DNA from: Candidatus Latescibacterota bacterium
GTDB lineage: Bacteria; Latescibacterota; UBA2968
Assembly (NCBI GenBank): GCA_965204375.1
Contig: OZ241986.1
Coordinates: 5,600,001 to 5,664,000, forward strand
Direction: 5' to 3'
Length of the DNA stretch: 64,000 nucleotides
Part shown: positions 36,115 to 45,848 of the stretch, one piece after another
How positions within the stretch are numbered: position 1 is the first letter of the stretch
Layout of the letters: each line of letters starts with the position of its first letter
The notes under the pieces: model-generated
The model's database searches: none
What the model was told of the DNA's origin: nothing
The model's input: the letters and a program-made list of their open reading frames with translations, nothing else
Program-made: the position numbers and the translations under genes

Positions 36115-37053
36115 ATGGCTTTTGATGAGATAGGTGAGACGGGTATCCAGCAGGTGAATGACTCCATGAAGATGCTTATGGGGGAGTTGGCTAATTTTCA
36201 GGATATTGCCCGCTACGTCAAACCATTGCCGGGGGAAATACCCGCGCTCGATGGTGTTGATATTTACGGTGAGACCATTCCGCTCAACGGTATAGTGGGT
36301 GGCGATCATATTGTCTATGTCGATTTTAAGAAGCGCTATGATCTCGATGCTCGAATAAAAAAAGCCCGCGACCGAGGGCAGGATTATGTTGTCAAAAAGC
36401 TGGAGGAGTGTCGCTTTAAGGCCGGTGTGGCTGTGGCCGATGTTTCAGGGCATCAGATCACGGACGCGCTTCTCGCCGCGATGCTCCATCAGGCTTTTTT
36501 GATGGGTGCGATTTACGAGATGGATTATTACGGCAATATCACGGCCAAGTTGTTTGAAAATCTCAATACGCGGTTTTACAATTCGTCGAGTCTCAGCAAA
36601 TTTATTACGATGATTTACGGTGAGATATCTCAGGAAGGGCATTTTCAGTTTTTGTCGGCGGGGCATCCCATGCCGCTGGTGTATTCGCGCAAGTACAAAG
36701 GTATTGTCGAAGTGCCCGAAGATAGGATGATCGCCTCTCCGCCCATTGGCACGCTTCCTTCGGGACGCGATATCGATCGAAATATCAATGAGAGTGTGCT
36801 CGGTTTTAAGGAAGAGTACGAACTTAATGAATGGGATTTAATGGGCACGGGCGATATTCTCATTCTTTACACCGATGGTCTGGTTGAACACCACTGCAAT
36901 GGCGAGTTTTACGCGCCGCATTATCTCGAACAAAAACTTCACGAGATCAGAGATCTGACCGCCAAAGAAATTTTCTACGCGATCAAAGAGGATCTCATCG
37001 CGTTTAATAGACCGGATGACGATATCAGTTATGTTGTTATCAAGCGGAACTAA
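36115..37053 (+). CDS. stand-alone PP2C/SpoIIE (RsbU-like) phosphatase
   Basis: VGGD, VADVSGH, SAGHP, LYTDGLVE, DDIS. Confidence 0.88.
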   Translation: MAFDEIGETGIQQVNDSMKMLMGELANFQDIARYVKPLPGEIPALDGVDIYGETIPLNGIVGGDHIVYVDFKKRYDLDARIKKARDRGQDYVVKKLEECRFKAGVAVADVSGHQITDALLAAMLHQAFLMGAIYEMDYYGNITAKLFENLNTRFYNSSSLSKFITMIYGEISQEGHFQFLSAGHPMPLVYSRKYKGIVEVPEDRMIASPPIGTLPSGRDIDRNINESVLGFKEEYELNEWDLMGTGDILILYTDGLVEHHCNGEFYAPHYLEQKLHEIRDLTAKEIFYAIKEDLIAFNRPDDDISYVVIKRN

Positions 37054-37073
37054 TCAACATCCCTCCTTTCGCA

Positions 37074-38327
37074 CTATCCTTCTTCTACTTCATCCAGTGC
37101 GCCTACTTTCCTCAAGCTCGGGGAAGCTATTGCGGTTATGCCTGTGACCAATAGTGTTCCGATGCCGCCGCTTACGACTGAGAATACAGGTCCATACAAT
37201 TCCGCTACACCTCCAGATTCGAGGCCGCCCAGTTCATTTGACGCGCTCACAAATACCCCGTTTACAGCCGATACCCTGCCGCGCATTGCATCGGGTGTGA
37301 TTAACTGTACGAGTGTGTGACGAATGACCATGCTGACGTTGTCAAATGCCCCGGTCAATACGAGCATCGCAAATGACAACCAGAAGTTTTCCGATATTCC
37401 GAATACTATGGTTGCGATGCCAAATCCAGCTACGGTGAGGAGCAGATTTCTGCCAGCTTTTTTCATTGGCGGCAAGTGTGCCAGTGTGAGTGCCATTATC
37501 AGGGCACCCACCGCAGGTGCTGATCGCAAAATTCCGAATCCCTCGGATCCTACCTTCAATATGTCCTGTGCGTATATCGGCAATAAATACACGGCTCCGC
37601 CCAGTAGCACGGCAAACATGTCCAGTGCCATGAGCGACAATAGCAAGCGGTTGTTCTTTAAGAATACCAGCCCGCCCATCAGATTTTGCAATGGTGAAAC
37701 CCGCTCTGCGTTTTTATCGCGTTCTACGGGCGGTACGCGCAATCGGGACAATATCAGCAAAAACCACCCTGTACATCCGGCACTTGCCAGGTACGCTGCG
37801 GGTACGTAAACTGCTGCGATAAAGCCCCCGATCATAGGTCCCACCACCCACGCCATTTGCATCAAGCTCATGCTCCAGGCCACGGCATTGGGAAATATCC
37901 CGCGCGGTACCAGTTGGGGTACGATTGCCCGCCGTGCAGGTGCGCCGAGTACGGTTATTGCGGCATCTGCTACGAGTATGGCGTACATCAGGGCAATTGG
38001 TCCCTGTTTCCACGATACCGCGGCAAGGCCCAGAGAGGTTAGGGTCGTACCCGTTAGACTCAACATCATGACCGTGCGCCGGTTAAAACGGTCGGCGAGA
38101 TAACCCGCGGGGAGTGCCAGGATCATTGTGGGCAATGCAATTGCCAGGCCCACGAGGCCGAGCGCGAGTGCTTGCCCGGTGCGGGCATACATTTCCCATC
38201 CTATGGCGGCACTCTGAATTTGCGTGCCGACCAATGCGGCAAACCAGCCCAGCGCGTATAACCGAAATTCCCTGATGCGAAATGCTTCATAGGGATTGTG
38301 TTTTGTCAATATAATTCCTGTTCGCAA
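37074..38327 (-). CDS. MFS transporter (DHA3/EntS-like)
   Basis: GYLADRFNRR motif A, about 12 TM segments, PDAMRGRV. Confidence 0.9.
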   Translation of the reverse strand: MRTGIILTKHNPYEAFRIREFRLYALGWFAALVGTQIQSAAIGWEMYARTGQALALGLVGLAIALPTMILALPAGYLADRFNRRTVMMLSLTGTTLTSLGLAAVSWKQGPIALMYAILVADAAITVLGAPARRAIVPQLVPRGIFPNAVAWSMSLMQMAWVVGPMIGGFIAAVYVPAAYLASAGCTGWFLLILSRLRVPPVERDKNAERVSPLQNLMGGLVFLKNNRLLLSLMALDMFAVLLGGAVYLLPIYAQDILKVGSEGFGILRSAPAVGALIMALTLAHLPPMKKAGRNLLLTVAGFGIATIVFGISENFWLSFAMLVLTGAFDNVSMVIRHTLVQLITPDAMRGRVSAVNGVFVSASNELGGLESGGVAELYGPVFSVVSGGIGTLLVTGITAIASPSLRKVGALDEVEEG

Positions 38328-38489
38328 GAATTATGTCAAATTTGGACATGATTATAGTTATCTTACACCGGATGTCAACACATCGCTAAAAGTTATGTGT
38401 TTGCCCTTGACATTTGCTCAAATTAAAACTATACGTGTGTTCAGTATATTTGCTTGTGAAATCGTGTTAAACAATCTCGGGAGAAATTC

Positions 38490-39338
38490 ATGCGACGTAC
38501 TTTTCAATTTGACCAGAATACCCCGCCCCTTTGTCGCCTGGGGCTGGCTACGAGGGGCAATACGCACTTGTCTCCGGCAGATGTTCGTTATGCGGTTGAG
38601 CGCGGTGTCAATTATCTCAACTGGTGCGGTCGTCCCGATGGTTTGAGCAGCGCGGTTGCGGGTATGGGGGCGGAGCGGGAGGAGATTGTGCTGGCATGGC
38701 AGCTCAAGTCCCGTACTGCTTCAAGTGCGGAACAAGAGCTTGACAATGCGTTGTCTGAGTTGAATACCGATTATATAGATGTTGTGACTTTTTACTATGT
38801 GGAGAGCGAAGGTGAATGGTGCGATATCGCGTCCGATGGGGGTGCTTATGAAGCTATGGCTCGCGCCCGCGAGCAGGGCAAGGTGCGCTTTCTCGGTCTT
38901 ACCAGCCACCAGCGCAATATGGCTGCTCGCATTGCTACGGGTGAACTCAGAGCACCTGAACAGGTTGAGTCCCGCCCTCTGGATATGCTGATGCTCCGGT
39001 ACAATGCCGCCCACCGTGGTGCAGAAGAGGATGTGTTCCCTTTGACCGATCCGTGCAATATTCCGGTGGTTGTCTATACCTGCCTGCGCTGGGGCGCTTT
39101 GATGAAGCCTACGCCGGATGATCCGCCCAATTTTATACCGCCACCCGCAAGAGAATGGTACCGCTTTGCACTGGCTCATTCTTCTGTCGCTATTGCCATT
39201 GCAGCGCCCAATGACCGCGCGGAGCTTGAGCACGATTTTTCACTGTTGGACGATTGGCGGGCGCCTGCGCCCGAAGAGTATGATATGCTTATGGCACACG
39301 GTGACCGCGTCTATCAACACGGGGGACGTTTTCCATAA
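38490..39338 (+). CDS. aldo/keto reductase family protein
   Basis: RLGLA, ERGVNY, L.ELNTDYIDVV, GKVRFLGLTSH, RYNAAHRGAE. Confidence 0.8.
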   Translation: MRRTFQFDQNTPPLCRLGLATRGNTHLSPADVRYAVERGVNYLNWCGRPDGLSSAVAGMGAEREEIVLAWQLKSRTASSAEQELDNALSELNTDYIDVVTFYYVESEGEWCDIASDGGAYEAMARAREQGKVRFLGLTSHQRNMAARIATGELRAPEQVESRPLDMLMLRYNAAHRGAEEDVFPLTDPCNIPVVVYTCLRWGALMKPTPDDPPNFIPPPAREWYRFALAHSSVAIAIAAPNDRAELEHDFSLLDDWRAPAPEEYDMLMAHGDRVYQHGGRFP

Positions 39339-39344
39339 ATCTCC

Positions 39345-40730
39345 ATGTTTTACAATTTTTTGACAGTTGCGATTCGCAATGCGATGCGTCACAAGTTCTA
39401 TGCGATTATCAGCCTGAGCAGTCTGGCCATTGGATTGACGTGTGCTGTGCTTATTATGCTTTCTATCCGCTATGAAATGAGCTACGACGCCTTTCGTCCC
39501 TACGCTGACCGCGTCTATCGAATTATGAAGAGGGAGCTAAACGCGCACGGACGGAGGGGTGGGTTTGAAACCCACCCGTACGAATGGCGTGGGGCACTTC
39601 CCTCAGAGCTTGCCGTGCATTTGCGCGATGAATATCCCGAGGTCGAGGCTGTTGTTCAGTTCCGTCGCATTACGTCCTGGTTTCGCGCGGAGGACCGCTT
39701 GTTCCAACAGCGCCTTTGTCCGGTTGATGGAGATGTTGTGGATTTCTTTGGTCTCGATATTATTCGGGGAGATGTTGCCGCGCTCAAACGCCGAGATGCG
39801 TCTGTTGTTTTAACGCAGGGCGTGGCCCGCAAACTCTACGGTAATGTAGATCCTATTGGTCGCACTGTTGAGGTGCAGCGCGAGACCTATCAGCAGGTGT
39901 TTACGGTTGTTGCCGTGATGAAAGACCGCCCGACCAATACGCGATTGGAGTTTGATAGTGTAACTTTTTTTGCGTCCGATAACTGGGCCATACGCGCTGC
40001 GCCGATTTACGTGCGTTTGCGTCCCGATGCAGATGTTGAGGCTCTGGAGCGCGCGCTTGCCGCGCATTTTCCCTCTGAATCGGAGGCGACTTATCATCTC
40101 CAGGCCCTGCCGCGTATCCATCTGTATTCCAGGATTGATCTGGAGGGTTTTACAGGGGATTCGGGGATGCCGTATCGGGATATCCGCGATCTCTACCCCC
40201 TGTCTGTTCTGGGTCTGGGTATTTTGCTTATCGCCTGTATCAATTTTATGAATCTGGCTACTGCGCGATCAGCTATTCGCGCCCGCGAAATTGGTCTGCG
40301 CAAGGTTGTGGGGGCGCGTCGGCAGCATATTGTGGGGCAATTACGGCAGGGGCGCATTTTTACGCGGTCCGCAATTGTCGCCGTTGTGCTGGCCTGTCTG
40401 GGTCTGGCGGGTCTGGCGGCTTTTGCCGCTGAACAGCGCACCCGCGAAATTGGTATTCGCAAGGTGCTGGGTGCTTCGGCATCCCATCTCGTCGTTTTGA
40501 TTAGCCAGGATTTTGCCAGGCTCGCTGTGTTCGCCAGTTTGATTGCGTGTCCGGTTGGATATTTTTTGATGCGAGACTGGTTGCAGAATTTTGCCTATCA
40601 GATTGATCTCGCGGTTTGGCCGTTTCTTTTGAGTATAGCTGTCCTGCTTTTTATAGCTGTTTTAACAACAGGATGCCTTGCATGGAAAACAGCGTGTGCC
40701 AATCCCGTTGATATATTGCGATGTGAATAA
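39345..40730 (+). CDS. MacB/FtsX permease with an in-frame internal deletion (possible pseudogene)
   Basis: Same N- and C-termini as the 813-aa paralogue but only 461 aa; jumps from GARRQHIVGQ to the last FtsX domain. Confidence 0.75.
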   Translation: MFYNFLTVAIRNAMRHKFYAIISLSSLAIGLTCAVLIMLSIRYEMSYDAFRPYADRVYRIMKRELNAHGRRGGFETHPYEWRGALPSELAVHLRDEYPEVEAVVQFRRITSWFRAEDRLFQQRLCPVDGDVVDFFGLDIIRGDVAALKRRDASVVLTQGVARKLYGNVDPIGRTVEVQRETYQQVFTVVAVMKDRPTNTRLEFDSVTFFASDNWAIRAAPIYVRLRPDADVEALERALAAHFPSESEATYHLQALPRIHLYSRIDLEGFTGDSGMPYRDIRDLYPLSVLGLGILLIACINFMNLATARSAIRAREIGLRKVVGARRQHIVGQLRQGRIFTRSAIVAVVLACLGLAGLAAFAAEQRTREIGIRKVLGASASHLVVLISQDFARLAVFASLIACPVGYFLMRDWLQNFAYQIDLAVWPFLLSIAVLLFIAVLTTGCLAWKTACANPVDILRCE

Positions 40731-40979
40731 AAAAAGGTTGAAATCATTATGCGCTAATGATAACTTGCGCCAGGTTCAAATGTAGTGATTGGTTTGCGTT
40801 CTGGGAGAGAATTGGCGAAACAAAGGCGGGATGAATTGATGTAAGTGCGCCAAAAGAAGATCGTAGAATAGAGCAGAATATTGAGAAGGCATTTGAAAAA
40901 CAAACAATAATCATTGTTACGAACCGGGTGCGCACAGCGGAATCAAATTTTGGGTCAATGAGAAAGGTGGGGGGGAGCA

Positions 40980-42545
40980 ATGGAATATATCCATGTCATT
41001 ATGGCCGGGCTAACGGCGATTATTCTCTTCATCTTTGGATTGGAGAATTTTTCAGCGGAGATCGAACAAGTCTCTGGCGAAAAATTCCGAAGATTTCTCG
41101 CCAAGGCGACCAAAATTCCAGTTATAGGTGTGCTCATAGGCGCGCTCGTAACCGCTGTGATCCAGTCGAGTTCTGCGACCTCGGTGATTGCTGTGGGTCT
41201 GGTCAATGCGGGCGTGCTTTCGTTCAAAAGTAGCGTAGGCATTATTTTTGGATCGAATATCGGCACCACGATTACGGCTCAACTGGTCGCATTTAAGCTC
41301 ACGGCGTTTGCGCCCGTATTTATCATTCTGGGATTTGTCCTTTCCTTTGTTCGGTCGAGAGTTGCTATTTTCGGCAAGTCTATTTTTTATTTTGGTTTTG
41401 TTTTTTTTACCCTCAATCTGATCTCTTCTTCACTTGGTCCTATCCAGAATGATCCCGCGCTGACTCAATATCTCATAAATCCTCAAAACCCGCTACTCGC
41501 GATTCTGGTGGGCTGTCTGTTTACGGCTGCCGTGCAATCGAGTTCGGTGACTACAGGTCTGGCAATTGTATTCACGCAACAGGGGTTGTTGAGTCTGGAA
41601 AACGCGGTGCCCATCATCATTGGGGCGAATATCGGCACTACGGCAACGGCATTACTCGCGATGGTACACATGGACTTTGCCGCCAAGAAGACCGCGCTTT
41701 CTCATTTTTTCTTTAATGTGGGCGGTGTGCTGCTTTTTTTACCCATCCTTTTGCTTTTTGGCGATAGACTGAATGAATTTTCCACCGACCCCGCGATCGC
41801 ATTGGCCAATATTCACCTCGTATTTAATGTGGTGACCAGTCTGATTTTTGTTCTTTTGATCACGCCTTTCACGCGATTGATCGATATGCTTTTGGGGGAG
41901 GACGAGATGGATTTTGAGCGATTGGCCATTCCCGCGTTTGACGAGCAAATCGCTTTTAAGAAAGTAAAATCCGAACTGCGCCAAAATCTCGTTGATCTCC
42001 TCTCCTTTTTGCAGGAAAGCTACAATCTCGTTACGCTGAGTATCGAGTCTAATTACCGTGGCATCTTTGAGGCGTCTGCCAAGCGCCTGGAATACGTCAA
42101 CTTTTTGGAGAAGGAATACGTGAGCTATTTTTCCCAAGCTGTCGTATCCGTTACCCGTGAACGCGAATCCCGGGATTTGCTCAAGTTGCATACCCAGTTT
42201 GATTATCTTTTTTCGATATACGATTCAATAGACGATATCTTCAATACCAAGAAAGCGTTGAACATGTATTATGTGGAGTTGGAGAGCGACATTTTATTGA
42301 TGGTCAGAACGCTTTCTGGACATACATTGGCTTTGTTCGAAGATATCTGCAAGTCGCTTGAGGAGGAGTCCAAGGTAAAGGTCGAGAAAAGAGCCGAAAA
42401 GCTTCAGGAGGTGCTGGATGAGATCAACCGCGAGTTGCTGCCGCTGTTGGTGCAGCCGGACAGGCGCGATGCGGGTACGCTCTCCAATTTTGTCACCTAT
42501 TCCCGGCGCCTCAAGGACAAATTGGTCAATTTTGCAGACCTGTAA
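40980..42545 (+). CDS. Na+/Pi cotransporter family protein
   Basis: Two QSSS...G.NIGTT repeats and a helical PhoU-like C-terminus. Confidence 0.92.
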   Translation: MEYIHVIMAGLTAIILFIFGLENFSAEIEQVSGEKFRRFLAKATKIPVIGVLIGALVTAVIQSSSATSVIAVGLVNAGVLSFKSSVGIIFGSNIGTTITAQLVAFKLTAFAPVFIILGFVLSFVRSRVAIFGKSIFYFGFVFFTLNLISSSLGPIQNDPALTQYLINPQNPLLAILVGCLFTAAVQSSSVTTGLAIVFTQQGLLSLENAVPIIIGANIGTTATALLAMVHMDFAAKKTALSHFFFNVGGVLLFLPILLLFGDRLNEFSTDPAIALANIHLVFNVVTSLIFVLLITPFTRLIDMLLGEDEMDFERLAIPAFDEQIAFKKVKSELRQNLVDLLSFLQESYNLVTLSIESNYRGIFEASAKRLEYVNFLEKEYVSYFSQAVVSVTRERESRDLLKLHTQFDYLFSIYDSIDDIFNTKKALNMYYVELESDILLMVRTLSGHTLALFEDICKSLEEESKVKVEKRAEKLQEVLDEINRELLPLLVQPDRRDAGTLSNFVTYSRRLKDKLVNFADL

Positions 42546-42631
42546 GATGCTGTGGTACCCGCGTTTTGATTTGTCGATTGGGTAATGCAAATAAAGATGG
42601 ATTTCATACACATGAATTGGAGGTGGTCGCT

Positions 42632-43090
42632 ATGAACGAGACGCGAAGAGACTGGCTGGCTAAAGTTACAATGGGTGTAGGGCTGGTTTTGGGCTATGGG
42701 GCGTTCGCAACACAGGGTCTTCTCTTTTTGTTGCCCAAACGTTTGAAGCCAAAGACGAGGCGGTTGTTTGTGGGACCGGTAGATCGATACCGCGTGGGAC
42801 AGGTGGCATCGGTCTATGATTTGGAGGGCAATGAAATTCTGGTGAAGCGGAGCGAGGCCGGGTTTGTGGCTTATTCCTCAACCTGCCCCCACCTGGGGTG
42901 TAAGGTTCATTGGATGCCGGATAAGAGGGAATTTCTCTGCCCCTGTCATCAAGGTGTGTTCAATGCCGATGGCGTGGCTATTTCCGGGCCGCCAGCCGAT
43001 GCAAAACAGGATCTGTTTCAGGTGCCGTTAAGCGTGGAAGGCGGTGTGGTCTATCTGGATGTCGTGGATGCGAAACGGAGGAAAGTGTGA
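42632..43090 (+). CDS. Rieske [2Fe-2S] subunit with a Tat signal
   Basis: TRRDWL, CPHLGC, CPCHQGVF, GPP; GGAGG RBS. Confidence 0.92.
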   Translation: MNETRRDWLAKVTMGVGLVLGYGAFATQGLLFLLPKRLKPKTRRLFVGPVDRYRVGQVASVYDLEGNEILVKRSEAGFVAYSSTCPHLGCKVHWMPDKREFLCPCHQGVFNADGVAISGPPADAKQDLFQVPLSVEGGVVYLDVVDAKRRKV

Positions 43091-44148
43091 GTTTAAGTTC
43101 GAAGGATAGGCCTGATTCCCGTTTGGAGGCACTGTTCCCTCTGGACTGGGATTTGATCCGCCATGCGGGGGCCGAACCCGTGCCCCATCATTTGAAAAAG
43201 TGGTGGTTCTGTCTGGGCGGTACGCCGTTTTATCTGTTTGTGGTGCAGGTTGTTACGGGAATTGCGCTCGCATTTTATTATGTACCGACGCCAGAGGGTG
43301 CATACCAGAGCGTGGCGGCGATTACCCATGAGGTGCGATTTGGATGGTATATCCGATCACTGCACAAATGGTCGGGCAATTTGATGATTGTGGCGGTGTT
43401 TTTGCATATGCTTCGGGTTTATTTTACTGGGGCTTATCGTCAGCCCAGGCAACTGAACTGGTGTATTGGAATTTCGCTTTTGGTGACCACGCTGGCATTC
43501 GGATTCACGGGGTATTCGCTGATCTACGAGCAACTCAGCTTTTGGGGCGCGACGGTGGCTTGCAATCTGGCTGAGGCTGTGCCTCTGGTGGGATCCCATA
43601 TTGGATATTTTTTACGGGGAGGTCCGGAAATTGGCGAGAATACCCTGACCCGGTTTTTTATGCTGCACATTGGCGTGTTGCCAACGGTTATGTTTTTTTT
43701 GTTAGGGCTTCACGTTTTTTTGATTCGTTCGCATGGGGTGACTGAGTTTGAGGATGAGGTTGTGCCGGAAGAGAAACGATTTTTCCGCTTTTTTCCCGAT
43801 CATGTGACCACCGAGTTGTTGATCGGCGTTTTGCTGATGTACATATTGACCCTTCTCGCATTGATATTTCCGGCTGGGTTGGGTGCGCCTGCCGACCCAA
43901 CGCAGACTCCACCCCACATCAAGCCGGAGTGGTATTTTTATTTTAATTTTCGCCTGTTGAAGCTCACCTCTTTAAGGATGAGTGTATTGCTGACTATGGC
44001 AATTGGGGTGGTTGTTTTTTTCTGGCCCTTTATCGAGGGTTTTCTCGCGCGACGGCTCAAAATGCCGGAATGGGTATCGGTGCTTTTGGGCGTGATTGGG
44101 TTTTTGGGATTTCTGGTGCTGACGGTTTGGGAGAGCTTTGCGGTATAA
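43087..44148 (+). CDS. cytochrome b (b6-like, fused with subunit IV)
   Basis: WFCLGG, four heme His (LHKW...LHMLR; LHIG...LHVF), KPEWYF. Confidence 0.93.
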   Translation: MSLSSKDRPDSRLEALFPLDWDLIRHAGAEPVPHHLKKWWFCLGGTPFYLFVVQVVTGIALAFYYVPTPEGAYQSVAAITHEVRFGWYIRSLHKWSGNLMIVAVFLHMLRVYFTGAYRQPRQLNWCIGISLLVTTLAFGFTGYSLIYEQLSFWGATVACNLAEAVPLVGSHIGYFLRGGPEIGENTLTRFFMLHIGVLPTVMFFLLGLHVFLIRSHGVTEFEDEVVPEEKRFFRFFPDHVTTELLIGVLLMYILTLLALIFPAGLGAPADPTQTPPHIKPEWYFYFNFRLLKLTSLRMSVLLTMAIGVVVFFWPFIEGFLARRLKMPEWVSVLLGVIGFLGFLVLTVWESFAV

Positions 44149-44158
44149 GGAGGTATGT

Positions 44159-45754
44159 ATGACACTGACGACAAAACGGTATATTGTGGGGGTGCTGTCG
44201 TTCTTGTTTCTGGCCTCGCTTTTACTGGTGGCCTATCAGGAGTCGAAGCGGCACCGGGAAGAGGTAGAACCAGGGCCGATTGTGACGGCTCCGAATGAGG
44301 GCTGCGTGACCTGTCACATGCAGGATTCACCGGCGATGGTCATGGAGTGGCAACGCTCGCGACACGCGCAATTTGGGGTGGGTTGTGTCGATTGTCACGC
44401 CGCACAAGAAGGGGAGATTGACGCTTGGGAACACGAAGGCAGAGTGGTGTCTGCACTGGTGACGCCTAAGGATTGTGCAAGGTGTCATGTGCGCCAATTT
44501 GAGGAATTTTCTCAGAGCCACCATGCCAGAGCGGGCGAGATTCTGGCCAGTCTGGACAATGTGCTGGCCGAGAAGGTGGCTGGTATGCCGGGCAATATTG
44601 CCGATGCCGTGAACGGGTGCTGGCAGTGTCATGGGAGCATTGTGAAGTTTGTGCGGGATGAGGATGGACAGGTAAAACGCACGGGCAAGGAATACCGTCC
44701 GGTGATTGACCCGGATACCTGGCCCAATAGTGGAATGGGACGGCTCAATCCAGATGGGTCAAAAGGGTCGTGCCATGCCTGCCACTCGCGCCATGCATTT
44801 GAAGCCAAATTGTCGCGGTCTCCTGAAAACTGCGGGAAATGCCACATGGGGCCTGATCACCCGCAGATCGAAGTCTATAACGAGTCCAAGCACGGGATTG
44901 CATTTTACGCCAATCGGGACCTTATGGCGCTGGACAAACCGGGCGACTGGGTGCTGGGTAGAGATTATTCGGCGGCTCCAACGTGTGCGACCTGTCACAT
45001 CAGCAGTTATATGACGCCGCAGGGCGTGTACAATGCCAATACACATGATGTGGGCGAGCGGATTAGCTGGACGTTGCGCCCGGTGGTGAGTACCAAACTG
45101 AATCTGGTGATTTTCGAGGATGGGTTCAAAGAAGATTACCCGGATACGCGGAGCTTGCCAGAGGTTGGCTCTGAGGTGGCAACGGTTGAAAAGGTGGTGG
45201 AAAACGAGATGCTGGTGAGTAAGACCGTGATGCGGAAGGTGGAGAGGATTGTGACCTGGGAGGATCGACGGGAGACGATGAAGGGAGCCTGTCGGAATTG
45301 TCACAACGATACTTATATCGATAATTTCTACAAGCAGTTTGACGATCTGGTGGTGCTTTATAACGAGAAGTTCGCCAAACCTGCAAAACAGCTTATGGAT
45401 GAGTTGAAAGCCGATGGCGTGCTCAATCCCAATGCGCCATTTGAACACGAGGTGCAATGGGTGTTCTGGGAGTTGTGGCACCACGAAGGGCGCAGGGCGC
45501 GGCATGGCGCGAGTATGATGGGACCAGATTATACACATTGGCACGGAATGTATGAGGTGGCGAAGCATTTTTATCAAAAGTTTTTGCCCGAGGTGGTTGA
45601 GGCCGCTGGGACGAAAGGATCGCAGATGAAGGAAAAGTACGCGCAAAGGGTTGCCCAACTGCTCGCACAAGACGAGCACCTCTGGCAGAAGGGGTTGAGC
45701 GCGGAAGAGGCCGAGCGTTTGAGGCAAATGTACCAGGAGCGTTATGATCAGTGA
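44159..45754 (+). CDS. membrane-anchored octaheme cytochrome c, HAO-like
   Basis: Eight CxxCH motifs (CVTCH, CVDCH, CARCH, CWQCH, CHACH, CGKCH, CATCH, CRNCH), GPDHPQ.E.Y.ESKHG, MMGPDYTHWHG. Confidence 0.88.
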   Translation: MTLTTKRYIVGVLSFLFLASLLLVAYQESKRHREEVEPGPIVTAPNEGCVTCHMQDSPAMVMEWQRSRHAQFGVGCVDCHAAQEGEIDAWEHEGRVVSALVTPKDCARCHVRQFEEFSQSHHARAGEILASLDNVLAEKVAGMPGNIADAVNGCWQCHGSIVKFVRDEDGQVKRTGKEYRPVIDPDTWPNSGMGRLNPDGSKGSCHACHSRHAFEAKLSRSPENCGKCHMGPDHPQIEVYNESKHGIAFYANRDLMALDKPGDWVLGRDYSAAPTCATCHISSYMTPQGVYNANTHDVGERISWTLRPVVSTKLNLVIFEDGFKEDYPDTRSLPEVGSEVATVEKVVENEMLVSKTVMRKVERIVTWEDRRETMKGACRNCHNDTYIDNFYKQFDDLVVLYNEKFAKPAKQLMDELKADGVLNPNAPFEHEVQWVFWELWHHEGRRARHGASMMGPDYTHWHGMYEVAKHFYQKFLPEVVEAAGTKGSQMKEKYAQRVAQLLAQDEHLWQKGLSAEEAERLRQMYQERYDQ

Positions 45755-45767
45755 TTCAGAATTTCCC

Positions 45768-45796
45768 TTGATAGATATACAAATGTTCACTATAAT
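45768..45796 (+). promoter_or_regulatory. sigma70-type promoter
   Basis: TTGATA-17bp-TATAAT upstream of the ankyrin gene. Confidence 0.6.
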
Positions 45797-45848
45797 TTAT
45801 TAGAAGACGTGGAGATGTTGTGCATTGATGTTCGAGAAAGGAATTAAC

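Noticed and set aside
40835-40945. Possible degraded ABC-ATPase fragment (KQTIIIVTNRVRTAE)
   Set aside because: Too short, lacks the H-loop His and Walker motifs; could be chance.
44159-45754. Evidence for ammonia oxidation or anammox (oxidative HAO)
   Set aside because: No amo, cycA or hzs context, and the C-terminal motif looks like non-crosslinked HAO-like proteins.
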